From: a virus
Virus record (IMG/VR): IMGVR_UViG_3300021420_000017
Location: 64,001 to 128,000 of that record
DNA: 64,000 bases
Strand: one strand, 5' to 3'
The translations under genes and the position numbers were made by a program. The notes below the pieces were generated by a model, which was not told the DNA's origin, ran no database searches, and saw only the letters and a list, made by a program, of their open reading frames with translations. Shown piece after piece: positions 42,374 to 52,106 of the stretch (position 1 is the first letter of the stretch; each line of letters starts with the position of its first letter).

Positions 42374-43048
42374 GTGACGGCTGATTTCAAGCAGGGCGCC
42401 TCTCTTCTCGGAGGCGTGCTGGCCTCGGGGTGCGTGAATCCCACCTATGCCTGCGCTTTCACTGGCTCTCCGACCGGTGGCACCTTCACCGTATCCATCA
42501 CCACCGGGATCGGTGGTGTCTCAAATACTCAGTCCACCGGGGCGATCACCTACTCCGCGAGCCTGACAGCGGCCTCGATTCAGGCCACGGTGCAGGCACT
42601 GCCCGGGATGTCGAGCGTCATGGTGACGGGCCCCAACGGCGGCCCTTTCACGTTCACCATCCCGAACTCGCTGGGCGTGTCGACAGTGTCGATCTCGGCG
42701 CAGGCCCTGACCGGTGGATCCACTCCTTCGGCCGCGATCACGAGCAATGGGGTTTCGACCTTGCTCTACGCGGTCCCCGTCGCCTCAGCCGTCAAGGTCG
42801 CGACATTCTACGTCAGCGCGGCGGCCGGGCAGGCAGGCTACCTATCGATCTCCGTGATCCCCAATGGGGGCGCGCAAGACGGAACTCACGTTGCCGTTCC
42901 GGGCTACCCACTCGTGGCCTACGACTTCCTGAGTCAGGAGGACGTCCTGTCCGTCGTTAAGGGCGCGATGTGGGATGCCGGGACCCAGTTGTATCTCTAC
43001 TGCCCGGCCGCCGTCACCTATGGTCTCACCGGGGCGGTGTCGTCCTAG
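42374..43048 (+). CDS. virion structural protein
   Basis: TGGTFTVS...TGAITYSASLTAASIQATVQAL...VTGPNGGPF, a module typical of actinophage tail proteins. Confidence 0.65.
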   Translation: MTADFKQGASLLGGVLASGCVNPTYACAFTGSPTGGTFTVSITTGIGGVSNTQSTGAITYSASLTAASIQATVQALPGMSSVMVTGPNGGPFTFTIPNSLGVSTVSISAQALTGGSTPSAAITSNGVSTLLYAVPVASAVKVATFYVSAAAGQAGYLSISVIPNGGAQDGTHVAVPGYPLVAYDFLSQEDVLSVVKGAMWDAGTQLYLYCPAAVTYGLTGAVSS

Positions 43049-45120
43049 TGCCCGGCTTTTCCGCTCTGAATAAGCGCACGCCGCGCACCAACCCGGCCGA
43101 CGCTCGCTATGACGCCAACGGGGCAGCGTCCGCAGCGATTGCATCCTCTGCACAGAAGGCCAATAACGGGTCAGACTTCGCGGACCCCGGATCGACCCGA
43201 TCGAACCTACAAGTTCCGATGCTCGGTCCATGCAAAGCCGTCGCGACAGCAAATATCACCCTGTCGGGAACGCAGGTAGTCGACGGCTATGCGGCAGGGG
43301 TCGGAGACCAGATTCTCGCGAGCGCGCAGACACTGGGCGCCCAGAATGGCCCCTGGGTGGTCGCTACCGGGGCCTGGACTCGTCCCACTGATTATGCGAG
43401 CGGTTCGGTCATCAAGGGGCGCATGCTCCAGGTCAACACTGGCTCAACAGCCAACATCGGTCTCTGGACGATGTTGGCTTCTACCTCGGTGACAGTCGAT
43501 ACCACAGCCACGACGTGGGTTCCAGCAGGTCAGGCGCGCAACGATGCAAGGTACGACGTGGCTGGCGCCGCTGCCACGGCGCAGACAGCAGCGCAGGCGT
43601 ACACGGACTCTGAAACGACACGGGCGCAGACAGCAGAGCTGCTGGCAGCCAAGAAGTCCGCAAACCTTTCTGACCTGACAAGCACCTCGACGGCGAGAGC
43701 CAACATCAGCGCGGCCAAGTCGGGTGTGAACAGTGACATCACCAGTCTGACGGGGCTCACGACCCCGTTGGCGGTCTCCGAGGGCGGCACGGGCAGCGCC
43801 TCCCAGAACTTCGTTGATCTCTCGACAGCCCAGACGGTTGCGGGTGTCAAGACGTTCTCCAGCGCGCCGGTGGTTCCTGCCGCCTCGTTCCCCGAGTCGG
43901 CCGTCACCGGCTTGGTTGCCGACCTCGCGGCCAAGGCACCACTTGCCTCTCCCACTTTCACCGGGACGGTCACTACTCCTGTCCCGGTCAACGCGACCGA
44001 CGCCGCGACGAAGGCCTATGTCGACTCGGTTGCCGCCGGATTATCAACGAAGGCATCATGTCGTGTCGCTACGACCGCCTCGCTTCCGGCCAACACCTAT
44101 GCGAGCGGAGTACTGACTGCTAATGCCTTTGGAGCTTTGACGGTCGATACGGTTGCCGTTTCGGTTGGCGACAGAATTAACGTCAAGAATGAAACGGCCC
44201 AGGCTAACAACGGGCTGTATGTGGTCACTGCGACGGGGAGTGCGGGAGCGACCTATGTGCTTACCCGCACCTCGGACATGAACACCGGGGCGCAGATCCC
44301 GGGTGCCTTCGTCTTCATTGAGCAGGGATCTGCGAACAGCAGTTCTGGTTGGGTGGTCGGCGCCGCCGGTCCCTACACGCTCGGAACGACAGCCATCATT
44401 TGGACCCAGTTTTCCGGTGCCGGTGAGATCACTGTCGACTCGACCCTCACCGAGGCAGGTAACCAGATCTCTCGCTCGGCGATCACAGGTGACGTCTCAG
44501 TCCCTGCTGGATCAAACGTGGCAACGCTGGCCACAGCAAACGCCAATACGGGCTCCTTCGGCACGGCATCTCAGGTCCCGACGCTGACGCTGGATGGCAA
44601 GGGGCGGACGACGGCAGCAGCCAACACGTCGATCCAGATCGCGGAATCCCAGGTCACTGGACTGACTGCCGACTTGGCCGCGCGGAGTACCACTTTAGTT
44701 CTTAAGCCCGTGCAAACGGCCTCATTTACTGCAGTGGTAGGGAATATCTACCCGATTAATGCCAACAACGCTGTGATAGTCACGCTCCCCACCGCTCCTG
44801 CGGACAAGTCGATCGTTCAGTTCAAGGTCACTATCGGATCCACTGTCGGGTTGCCCACCGGTGGCCAACTCAATAATCCGGTTATTTACAACACCGGTGG
44901 CTCAGATGTCATCAATGTGGCTGGTGGCGTTACCACTGGGCATTTATATCTGTTAGACCAGGCCGTTACCCTTCAATATGATCAGACGACCGCCGTCTGG
45001 ATAGCTACCGGTGACGATTTACCGCTCGCTCAGCTCGATGCCCGCTATGGGCCTTCGACTCTTGATGGGGGCGCCCCGGGCGTACCAAATACTGACACCT
45101 ACGACGGAGGGGCACCATGA
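43048..45120 (+). CDS. tail fibre protein
   Basis: KANNGSDF / KSANLSDL fibre repeats; two GDRxxVK...NGxYVV...WTR modules; DAATKAYVD; C-terminal DGGAP x2. Confidence 0.8.
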   Translation: MPGFSALNKRTPRTNPADARYDANGAASAAIASSAQKANNGSDFADPGSTRSNLQVPMLGPCKAVATANITLSGTQVVDGYAAGVGDQILASAQTLGAQNGPWVVATGAWTRPTDYASGSVIKGRMLQVNTGSTANIGLWTMLASTSVTVDTTATTWVPAGQARNDARYDVAGAAATAQTAAQAYTDSETTRAQTAELLAAKKSANLSDLTSTSTARANISAAKSGVNSDITSLTGLTTPLAVSEGGTGSASQNFVDLSTAQTVAGVKTFSSAPVVPAASFPESAVTGLVADLAAKAPLASPTFTGTVTTPVPVNATDAATKAYVDSVAAGLSTKASCRVATTASLPANTYASGVLTANAFGALTVDTVAVSVGDRINVKNETAQANNGLYVVTATGSAGATYVLTRTSDMNTGAQIPGAFVFIEQGSANSSSGWVVGAAGPYTLGTTAIIWTQFSGAGEITVDSTLTEAGNQISRSAITGDVSVPAGSNVATLATANANTGSFGTASQVPTLTLDGKGRTTAAANTSIQIAESQVTGLTADLAARSTTLVLKPVQTASFTAVVGNIYPINANNAVIVTLPTAPADKSIVQFKVTIGSTVGLPTGGQLNNPVIYNTGGSDVINVAGGVTTGHLYLLDQAVTLQYDQTTAVWIATGDDLPLAQLDARYGPSTLDGGAPGVPNTDTYDGGAP

Positions 45121-45623
45121 GCACGTTGCTCGGCGACATCCTGATGAAGCGTGGAACTGCAGCACAGTGGACTGCCGCCAACGACGTTCTCCGTGCCAGC
45201 GAGCATGGATATGAGACAGATACCCACAAGCAAAAGATCGGCGATGGCACCACTGCGTGGAACTCACTGGCTTACACTTCCGGGCCAGGCCTTTGGTCGC
45301 TGCTGATCGAGAATGTCAATGCGGTCGCGACATCCGGTGCTGCGGTGACCATTCCCGACGTCACTGTCGCCACGCTCAACCGCGTGGTGTTGACCGCCAA
45401 CTGCACTCTGACGTTTCCTACTGCTGCTGCGGGTAAGACTTTTCTGATCGCTCTCGTTCAGGACGGGACCGGTTCTCGGACCGCGACCTGGCCGAGCACA
45501 GTGAAGTGGCCTTCCGGGACCACGCCGACGCTGACGGCGACGGCAAACAAGACCGACCTGTTTTCGTTCTCCTGCTTGGATGGAACGAACTGGCTATCCT
45601 TGGTTGTCGGCCAGGCGTTCTAA
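45117..45623 (+). CDS. minor tail protein with Mtd_N-like N-terminus
   Basis: ILMKRGTAAQWTAAN..L...E.GYETDTHKQKIGDGTTAWNSL; C-terminal QDGTGSRTATWP..VKWPSG..PTLT. Confidence 0.75.
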   Translation: MSTLLGDILMKRGTAAQWTAANDVLRASEHGYETDTHKQKIGDGTTAWNSLAYTSGPGLWSLLIENVNAVATSGAAVTIPDVTVATLNRVVLTANCTLTFPTAAAGKTFLIALVQDGTGSRTATWPSTVKWPSGTTPTLTATANKTDLFSFSCLDGTNWLSLVVGQAF

Positions 45624-46282
45624 TGCGAGCTTCGCATCTCGTCCTGTGTCAACCTCCTCCCAGTGGAGGTAGCGGTATTGCTGTACGCAGTTTCGCATTA
45701 GCCCACACCATTGCTATCGGTCAGGGCCCGGCTATCACGTCAGCCACATATAATGGCGGCGTTACTCCGGTGGCGGGCGATTTGCTGATTGCGTTTGTTA
45801 GTATTCGAGACGCTGGTGGTTTAGGCGAGGCTGGTCCGATTAATACGCCCACCAACTGGACTGCGCGGGGTCATATCGATACTTCGCCGGATAACTTCTC
45901 GTTAGCGATGTTCAGCAGGATAGCGACTGCGACGAGTGCCGATAACATTACACCCGCCAGTTCTACTGATGCGGACTTCGAGGATGACTACGACGTCGCG
46001 GTTATTGCAGTGAAGAACACAGCGGGAGTAAGTGGCACCCCACCCACTCCAGTGAATAGTAGCACCGCGCCATCTACGGGATCTGTAGGAGATCTTCTTA
46101 TTGGAGGCTGGTTTCAATATCCCGCAGGGTCAAACACGGGACTTCCTGGGTCCATGACTCAGATCGTGTCCGATAATACTGACGACCCACAGCTCTCAGT
46201 TGGATACGAGCTGCTTGCCAGTCCTGGGACACGAACTGGGACTGGCACATACGCGGCAGTCATCGCGGCAGCCCACCTCTGA
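45623..46282 (+). CDS. tail-fibre-associated beta protein
   Basis: AGDLLIAFV...PTNWT...SLAMFSRIAT pattern; TAATG coupling. Confidence 0.6.
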   Translation: MRASHLVLCQPPPSGGSGIAVRSFALAHTIAIGQGPAITSATYNGGVTPVAGDLLIAFVSIRDAGGLGEAGPINTPTNWTARGHIDTSPDNFSLAMFSRIATATSADNITPASSTDADFEDDYDVAVIAVKNTAGVSGTPPTPVNSSTAPSTGSVGDLLIGGWFQYPAGSNTGLPGSMTQIVSDNTDDPQLSVGYELLASPGTRTGTGTYAAVIAAAHL

Positions 46283-46297
46283 TGAGGAGCCGGTGAT

Positions 46298-47758
46298 ATG
46301 GCTACGCTAGTTGATGGAGGAGCCCCGTCGGGGGCTAGCACATCCGACACCATCAGCGGCGGCCCCGACAATGACGTCACACTGCCCATCGCGCAGACCG
46401 ACGTCACGGGGCTCGTCGCAGCGCTGGGGGCCAAGGCGGACGCGACGGCCACTACGACAGCTCTGGCCGCGAAGGCGAATGAGACCGAGCTGGCTGCCTA
46501 CGTCAAGACGATCAATCATGCCTCTCCTGATGGCTCAGGCGACGTGGAAGTGGTCATACCGTCAGCCACGGGAGTGGTCCCTTATCACAATCACAACCAC
46601 CTCGTAGAGCCTCTGGGGGTTGTTAAACACACTGCATCGATGTTGGCGGCCGAGTTCACGATCACTCAAGGCTTGAACGTCTTCATCGTGAATGCCAACT
46701 CGACATTCACCATCGAGGCCCCGCAGTTCGCCGACTCGGAATACAGTCCGACCAGTGGCGCCCGTACACCCTTCGGGTCGGCCGGACCCGAGTGGTACTC
46801 CACTGCCGCCGGTGGGAGCCAGTTCGGCGCGTTCCCGTTCGAGACGCGGCATATCATCGACGTCGCCGTGATCCAGGATGACGTCGGCGGTCATAGCGTC
46901 ACGTTCCAGAACCTTTTCGAGGGTGCGCCCGTGGCGCTGACCACCGGCGCGACCTACCCCGGTCCGGCAACCACTACTGCGAATGCTGTTTCATTTTGGC
47001 GATTCACTTGGTATGGGCTCCCTCTTGGTTGGGTGCGCGACCTCCTCGGTGATGGTGCCGCAATGACGATAAAGCCTCTGCCATCATCGACATCCACCTA
47101 TATCCGAGGCCACTACGTCAGCACGTGCAGTGCTGCTGACGCCACAGCTATCGTTACCAACCTCAAGATGATCCCGCTGAACGCCAGGAAGGTTCTCTAC
47201 GCGGCGGGCCTATACGCCGAACTTGCGCCGGGCAACCAGTCCCCGAGTTTGATCTGCATCCATAGCGGCGATCTGCCGGGAAGTCGATCTCAAACAGGTT
47301 CCCGACCTCTGACCAGCTTCACCCGGCTCGTGTCTCCAAATGGCAGCGGTGTCGGTGCGGCCTCTTGGACAAACAACGTCAATCCCGTGCTACATGAGTC
47401 TGGCCACGCACTGGACTTCATCCTCTATCGCAATGGCGTACCGGTCAGCGGGACGACGTACTACCGTGTGGGCGATGATCCGAGATTCATCTCTTTGTAC
47501 AATACCTGTGTTCCTCGTTCTTGGACTGGACGCAACGACTACTACCTCGTTGACAATGCCTTCTCAGCCGGGGGGATCGGCAAGAATGAGTGGATGGCCC
47601 AGATGCTGGGCTGTTACACGTACTATTTGTATCTGACGAACAACTCGTTATCGGACGCGACTCTCCTCGAAACCGAGTGGAGTGGCGCAGCGCCGGACGA
47701 CATCATCGCCACCTTCAAAACGACCGCAGCCTCAGCGTTATCAGCATGGTTGTCGTAG
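46298..47758 (+). CDS. tail-region protein with a C-terminal zinc metallopeptidase motif
   Basis: N-terminal LVDGGAP; VLHESGHALD (HExxH) with a downstream EWMAQ. Confidence 0.65.
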   Translation: MATLVDGGAPSGASTSDTISGGPDNDVTLPIAQTDVTGLVAALGAKADATATTTALAAKANETELAAYVKTINHASPDGSGDVEVVIPSATGVVPYHNHNHLVEPLGVVKHTASMLAAEFTITQGLNVFIVNANSTFTIEAPQFADSEYSPTSGARTPFGSAGPEWYSTAAGGSQFGAFPFETRHIIDVAVIQDDVGGHSVTFQNLFEGAPVALTTGATYPGPATTTANAVSFWRFTWYGLPLGWVRDLLGDGAAMTIKPLPSSTSTYIRGHYVSTCSAADATAIVTNLKMIPLNARKVLYAAGLYAELAPGNQSPSLICIHSGDLPGSRSQTGSRPLTSFTRLVSPNGSGVGAASWTNNVNPVLHESGHALDFILYRNGVPVSGTTYYRVGDDPRFISLYNTCVPRSWTGRNDYYLVDNAFSAGGIGKNEWMAQMLGCYTYYLYLTNNSLSDATLLETEWSGAAPDDIIATFKTTAASALSAWLS

Positions 47759-47812
47759 CTCATCCGCGATGTGGCGTCGATCGTTTGTCCCGGCATATAG
47801 AAAGAGGTTGAT

Positions 47813-49126
47813 ATGGCTACGTTGGCCGATGGAGGCGCTCCCTCGGGAGTAAGCATCTCAGATTCCATCATCACGACGGCCCTGGTCGCGAAGGCTGATC
47901 TCGTTGGCGGGATAGTGCCCGAGACGGAACTGGCGGGGTATGCGAAGAAGGCCAATAACGGGTCAGACTTCGCGGACCCCGGGTCAGTGCGGGCGAACCT
48001 GAATGAGCCGGTGCTCGGCTCATGTCAGGCCGTCGCGACAGCAAATATCACCTTGTCGGGAACGCAGACGATTGATGGTTACGCGGCTGTCGCAGGAGAT
48101 CGCATCCTTGCCACTGCGCAGACCACGGGCTCGCAAAACGGCCCCTGGCTAGTCGCTTCAGGAGCCTGGACTCGTCCTACTGACTATGCGAGCAGTGCGG
48201 TCGTGACTGGTCGCACCGTCCAGGTGCGCACGGGCTCGGCTTCGAATATCGGCCTGTGGACATTGCTCACCTCAACATCTGTGACGGTCGACACGACAGC
48301 GACCACGTGGTCGCTGGCTGGCCGAGCAGCAGGCGATGCGAGGTACGTCATAGGTCTAGCGGGGGCTGCCGTCATTACGACCTCGGCGACGCCTGTTGGC
48401 GGGAAGAAGAACTCTTACAATGCCTCGGGCGGCTCACTCACTCCAAGCCTGCCTGCCCTATCGGGATTGTCGGCTGGTCCGACCGAGTATTACGTTGAGA
48501 AAAGTATTGCAGACACCAGTGCAAATACCATTACCTTTGTGTGTGCCGGTGCGGACACTTTTGATTACAGCCCAACTGCGACCAGTCTTCAGCTCGTTGA
48601 GCCCAGTGAATGGTATGTGTTAGTGGTCGTATCGATTAGTGGCACGAAGTATTGGTCTATCAAAGGGATGGGGGCGGGCCGGTTTCTGAACGACGCGCGG
48701 TATGCATCTGGGACGCTTCTGGCCACGGCAACTGGCGCCACTGGTTCTGGGTCGCTGACATCGACGTCGACTAACTACGTTGTCGGGAGTAGCGCGGTCA
48801 CAATAGTGCTTGCGTCACAGCGGCGCCTGCGGATCGCGGTTAACGCGCTGATCATCCCGGGCTCGTCTACCCCGGGTACTTATACCGTCTTCCCGGCCTA
48901 CAACTCAGGGGGGTACAACCTCGCCGGAGCAGGTCAAGTGGGTTCTTGGGGTGCGCAGGGGAGCACGACTAACAACCAGGGAATAACCATCTCTAAGGAA
49001 GACAACATTCTGTTGTCGGCCGGTACTTATACGTTTTATCCGATAATCCAGCGGCTGTCGGGCGGGTCTACGACAGATACAGCGAACTACGGTTACGTTG
49101 CCGTCTACGATGCAGGGCCATCGTAA
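47813..49126 (+). CDS. tail fibre protein
   Basis: LADGGAP N-terminus; a module of about 135 aa paralogous to the one in 43048..45120. Confidence 0.75.
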   Translation: MATLADGGAPSGVSISDSIITTALVAKADLVGGIVPETELAGYAKKANNGSDFADPGSVRANLNEPVLGSCQAVATANITLSGTQTIDGYAAVAGDRILATAQTTGSQNGPWLVASGAWTRPTDYASSAVVTGRTVQVRTGSASNIGLWTLLTSTSVTVDTTATTWSLAGRAAGDARYVIGLAGAAVITTSATPVGGKKNSYNASGGSLTPSLPALSGLSAGPTEYYVEKSIADTSANTITFVCAGADTFDYSPTATSLQLVEPSEWYVLVVVSISGTKYWSIKGMGAGRFLNDARYASGTLLATATGATGSGSLTSTSTNYVVGSSAVTIVLASQRRLRIAVNALIIPGSSTPGTYTVFPAYNSGGYNLAGAGQVGSWGAQGSTTNNQGITISKEDNILLSAGTYTFYPIIQRLSGGSTTDTANYGYVAVYDAGPS

Positions 49127-49185
49127 CGGGATGATCCATCGATCCGACCACTTGATACTCGCCTCGATCTTGGTAGGTTCGGTTC

Positions 49186-49809
49186 ATGAGAAAAGACCCT
49201 GATACCCCGATCTACAGTCCTAATGCGGTAGAGATCCGCGATGGTGCGGTGCACTACCACTTCGCGGATAAGGATCTGCAGAGCTACATGGAGACCAACT
49301 ACGGCTTCGTGTGGGACCCGGATCACGACTGCGGGCCCAACCTCTACACCGGCGTTCATCACTATGGGGCCTACGTAGCCAAGGCGAGCTGGATGCCGGA
49401 CGGAAGTCTGCATATTGGCATCAACCAGGGCATCCGGGCCTGGCACAACACTCAGCCGGAGTTGGTTCGGCAAGACGAACTCGCCAAGGAGAAGGCCACC
49501 AACGCCAAAGTCCTCGGGATCGGCATCTGGCAGACCATCGGCTTCATCGCCTTCCTGATCGCGATGGGCACAAGCAGTCATGCGGATACGAACTTCGCCC
49601 CAATCTTCATCATCGGGTGGATCATCTGGATCTTCCTGGGCTTCCTCCCGGTGATCATCAACTACGAGCCCAAGAGTGAGCTGGGCAAGTTCATTCACGA
49701 GATCAGTCCCTATATCGGGGCCGCGATCGTGGCCAAGCACGTCTACGATCGCCACGAGAAGAGGCAGGCCGAGCAGATCGCGGACGCGGTCCGAAGGGGA
49801 CTCCTCTAA
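49186..49809 (+). CDS. membrane protein (moron-like)
   Basis: Two to three TM helices in the C-terminal half; TTGATA-N16-TAGGTT 6 nt before the ATG. Confidence 0.7.
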   Translation: MRKDPDTPIYSPNAVEIRDGAVHYHFADKDLQSYMETNYGFVWDPDHDCGPNLYTGVHHYGAYVAKASWMPDGSLHIGINQGIRAWHNTQPELVRQDELAKEKATNAKVLGIGIWQTIGFIAFLIAMGTSSHADTNFAPIFIIGWIIWIFLGFLPVIINYEPKSELGKFIHEISPYIGAAIVAKHVYDRHEKRQAEQIADAVRRGLL

Positions 49810-49823
49810 CGGGCGACCGGCCC

Positions 49824-49858
49824 TGTCTCAGGCGGTCTTGCGGGACCTGAAGTAGTGA
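49824..49858 (+). promoter_or_regulatory. putative late promoter, copy 5
   Basis: TGTCT-N19-TGAAGTAGTGA. Confidence 0.75.
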
Positions 49859-49900
49859 GGGCCACTCCAGGCGGCCATCCACACACCTGAGAGGTTCATC

Positions 49901-50485
49901 GTGGGAAAGCAAGTTACCGTTTTGAGCGGTTTCACTGATGTCGCTCTGCCGAAGATCTACACGGTCCCGGTCTCCTCGGCGGTCGCGGGCACTCCTGCCC
50001 AGACGGTCCAGGTACTCGGCGTCGGCGGCTACAACGCGGGCGACACGGTGACCCTGACCGACGCTGAGTATGCCGCGCTCTCGGCCGCCGTCACCCGGGC
50101 CCTGGGCAGCCCCACCACCGTGGCGCAGCCCTTCCGCCCCTCGGCCGATCCGACGTCCTCCAAGGCCACTGTGGCGGCCACCACGTCGGGCACCATCGCC
50201 CTGGCGCTGGGCTACAACATCGTAGGCCCGGTGACCGGAGCCACCGTGCTGACGCTGCCCGCTGCGGGTGCGGGCTGGACGGCGGGATCGCGCTCGACGG
50301 TCAGCGTCAAGATCACTCAGGACGCGACCGGCTCCCGGGCGATCACGCACCCGACCGGGGTCCGCTGGTTCGGGGGATCTGCTCCCACTGCGACCACCAC
50401 GGCCAGCAAGGCGGATTACTTCGAGTATTTCAGCGATGACGGTGGAGTGACCGTGTACGGGCGAGTGCTCGGGCAGAGTGCCTGA
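49901..50485 (+). CDS. virion structural protein
   Basis: N-terminus paralogous to 60010..61404 (MGKxVxVxxGFTDVxLP); C-terminal QDATGSR..T.P..VRW.GG.AP module. Confidence 0.7.
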   Translation: MGKQVTVLSGFTDVALPKIYTVPVSSAVAGTPAQTVQVLGVGGYNAGDTVTLTDAEYAALSAAVTRALGSPTTVAQPFRPSADPTSSKATVAATTSGTIALALGYNIVGPVTGATVLTLPAAGAGWTAGSRSTVSVKITQDATGSRAITHPTGVRWFGGSAPTATTTASKADYFEYFSDDGGVTVYGRVLGQSA

Positions 50486-50497
50486 TTGATGTGAGCT

Positions 50498-50542
50498 AAC
50501 AGCGCACCGAGGACTCCGCTCTGGTCCTCGGTGCGCTGTTTC
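50498..50542 (+). terminator. intrinsic terminator
   Basis: aacagcgcaccgaggac-N9-gtcctcggtgcgctgtt. Confidence 0.75.
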
Positions 50543-50550
50543 ATCTGTCC

Positions 50551-50585
50551 TGTCTGAGTGATACCTGGGACAAGTGAAGTATCGA
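50551..50585 (+). promoter_or_regulatory. putative late promoter, variant
   Basis: TGTCT-N19-TGAAGTATCGA, directly after a terminator. Confidence 0.55.
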
Positions 50586-50614
50586 CAGCCTCCATCGTGA
50601 AGGGAACCACCGAC

Positions 50615-51181
50615 ATGCCTGTGTCCGACCTCATCCGCGCCAGTGATTTGACCCGCATGGCCAATGAAGGCGCCACCATCGTGGTGCGTAATACTCAGCC
50701 CGGCATCACCACCCACACCGACGAGCTGCTCAAGCAGACGACCGAGTGGACTGGCGCAGGTGATACCAGCGGCGGGGATGTGCGCGAGGTCCCGGCAGCC
50801 TACCTCAAGAACCCGAGCTTCCGTGATGCGATCATGCGCGGGATCTATGTGGTCGAGGACGGTGAAGAATCGCTGATGAAGGCGGTCGAGTCCCTGCGAG
50901 CCGACTGGGACGGTCGCCAGCAGGCCAAGCTCGACTCCAACGAGACGCTGAAGCGCTCCTCCAACAAGTCGATCGGCAAGGGTGCCTCCTGCATCGCCCC
51001 CAAGGGCACGTCTCTGTGTGGCAACATCTCACTCGTGCTCGGCGACGAGGACAACCCCAAGCCGCCTCTGTGTGGCGAGCACGCGCACATGAGCACGCAG
51101 TACGCCCAGGTCCCCACCGGCCGTCTGGTCAACAACAAGGAAGAGAAGACCTGGCGGCGCGGCTCGGTCGCGGCTCACTAG
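50615..51181 (+). CDS. hypothetical virion-region protein with a Cys/His motif
   Basis: RBS GAAGGG; C..C...LCGEH. Confidence 0.7.
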   Translation: MPVSDLIRASDLTRMANEGATIVVRNTQPGITTHTDELLKQTTEWTGAGDTSGGDVREVPAAYLKNPSFRDAIMRGIYVVEDGEESLMKAVESLRADWDGRQQAKLDSNETLKRSSNKSIGKGASCIAPKGTSLCGNISLVLGDEDNPKPPLCGEHAHMSTQYAQVPTGRLVNNKEEKTWRRGSVAAH

Positions 51182-51226
51182 TAGCACCCTGCCCGGTCCC
51201 CACCTGTTGTGAAGGAGCACGAGAAC

Positions 51227-51742
51227 ATGGTTGACGAAACGGCGCCCGAGATCGCGCACAAGCCCTACTCCGAGCGCGACGACTGGATCCCGGATTCGCT
51301 GCATGTGACCGGCCATGTGGACACCACAGGGACTGGCGGAGACCTGGCCGGACGGATCGAGGAGATCTCCCCGGTCTTCGCTCAGGCACGCGCCTCCGCA
51401 TTCGCCTCAGCAGTGGCCTCGATCGACCACCAGGGTCCGGGTGCTCCCGAAGGGGTTGTGCTCCCGACAGAGGGCCGCGAGGTTGAGGATGCGGTGGACG
51501 AGCTGCGCATGGCGGCCGAGCAGGCCACCAGCAACCCCCAGTTGAGCACCGGACTGAGTCCGGCTCAGCAGGAGGCGGCTCAGTCCACTTCTCCGGTGGT
51601 CGAGCCCGAGTCTGAGCCCGAGTCGGTAGTCGAGGAAATCCAGCCGTCGGTTGAGCCCGTGATCCCGGTCGAAGAGCCCCAGCCTCAGGCTGAGCCGGTC
51701 AATCCTGAGCCCGACCACGCTGACCCGCTCGATAAGGTCTAG
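51227..51742 (+). CDS. acidic Pro/Glu-rich protein
   Basis: RBS GAAGGAG; EP-rich tail. Confidence 0.7.
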   Translation: MVDETAPEIAHKPYSERDDWIPDSLHVTGHVDTTGTGGDLAGRIEEISPVFAQARASAFASAVASIDHQGPGAPEGVVLPTEGREVEDAVDELRMAAEQATSNPQLSTGLSPAQQEAAQSTSPVVEPESEPESVVEEIQPSVEPVIPVEEPQPQAEPVNPEPDHADPLDKV

Positions 51743-51760
51743 CTCGCTCAGTCCGTCTCA

Positions 51761-51793
51761 CAGGACCCCGGTCATTCATTGATCGGGGTCCTG
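51761..51793 (+). terminator. hairpin, probable terminator
   Basis: caggaccccggtca-ttcat-tgatcggggtcctg. Confidence 0.6.
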
Positions 51794-51837
51794 TGCTGTG
51801 TGTTGTGGATCATCTGAAGGAGTGAGGAGGTTCTGCT

Positions 51838-52026
51838 ATGAGCCGTCCACTGATCGATCGCACCGCGAGGGCAATGTACCGGGATGATCCTGGCGCCAAG
51901 AACAAGGCGGACTTTGAATCCCTGCCGCTCGGTGAGCAGATGCGCTACCAGAGACTGGCAGCCTCTGCGGTCTCGGTAGTGCTGCGCGAGCCGGTCACGG
52001 AGAAGGAGCTGGCCAGTCCGGGCTGA
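51838..52026 (+). CDS. small hypothetical protein
   Basis: RBS GAGGAGG; preceded by the late-motif variant CTGAAGGAGTGA. Confidence 0.65.
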   Translation: MSRPLIDRTARAMYRDDPGAKNKADFESLPLGEQMRYQRLAASAVSVVLREPVTEKELASPG

Positions 52027-52031
52027 GGGCA

Positions 52032-52066
52032 TGCCTGCCGGGACCCGAGAGCACTTGAAGTAGTGA
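52032..52066 (+). promoter_or_regulatory. putative late promoter, copy 6
   Basis: TGCCT-N19-TGAAGTAGTGA. Confidence 0.75.
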
Positions 52067-52106
52067 GGCGATCTTCTTCGTCTTGCTCTGAGGAGGGCCA
52101 CCGTCT

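Noticed and set aside
43150-48350. Diversity-generating retroelement (TR/VR pair) in the fibre genes
   Set aside because: Both copies are coding, the differences are not adenine-specific, and no reverse transcriptase is present in the window.
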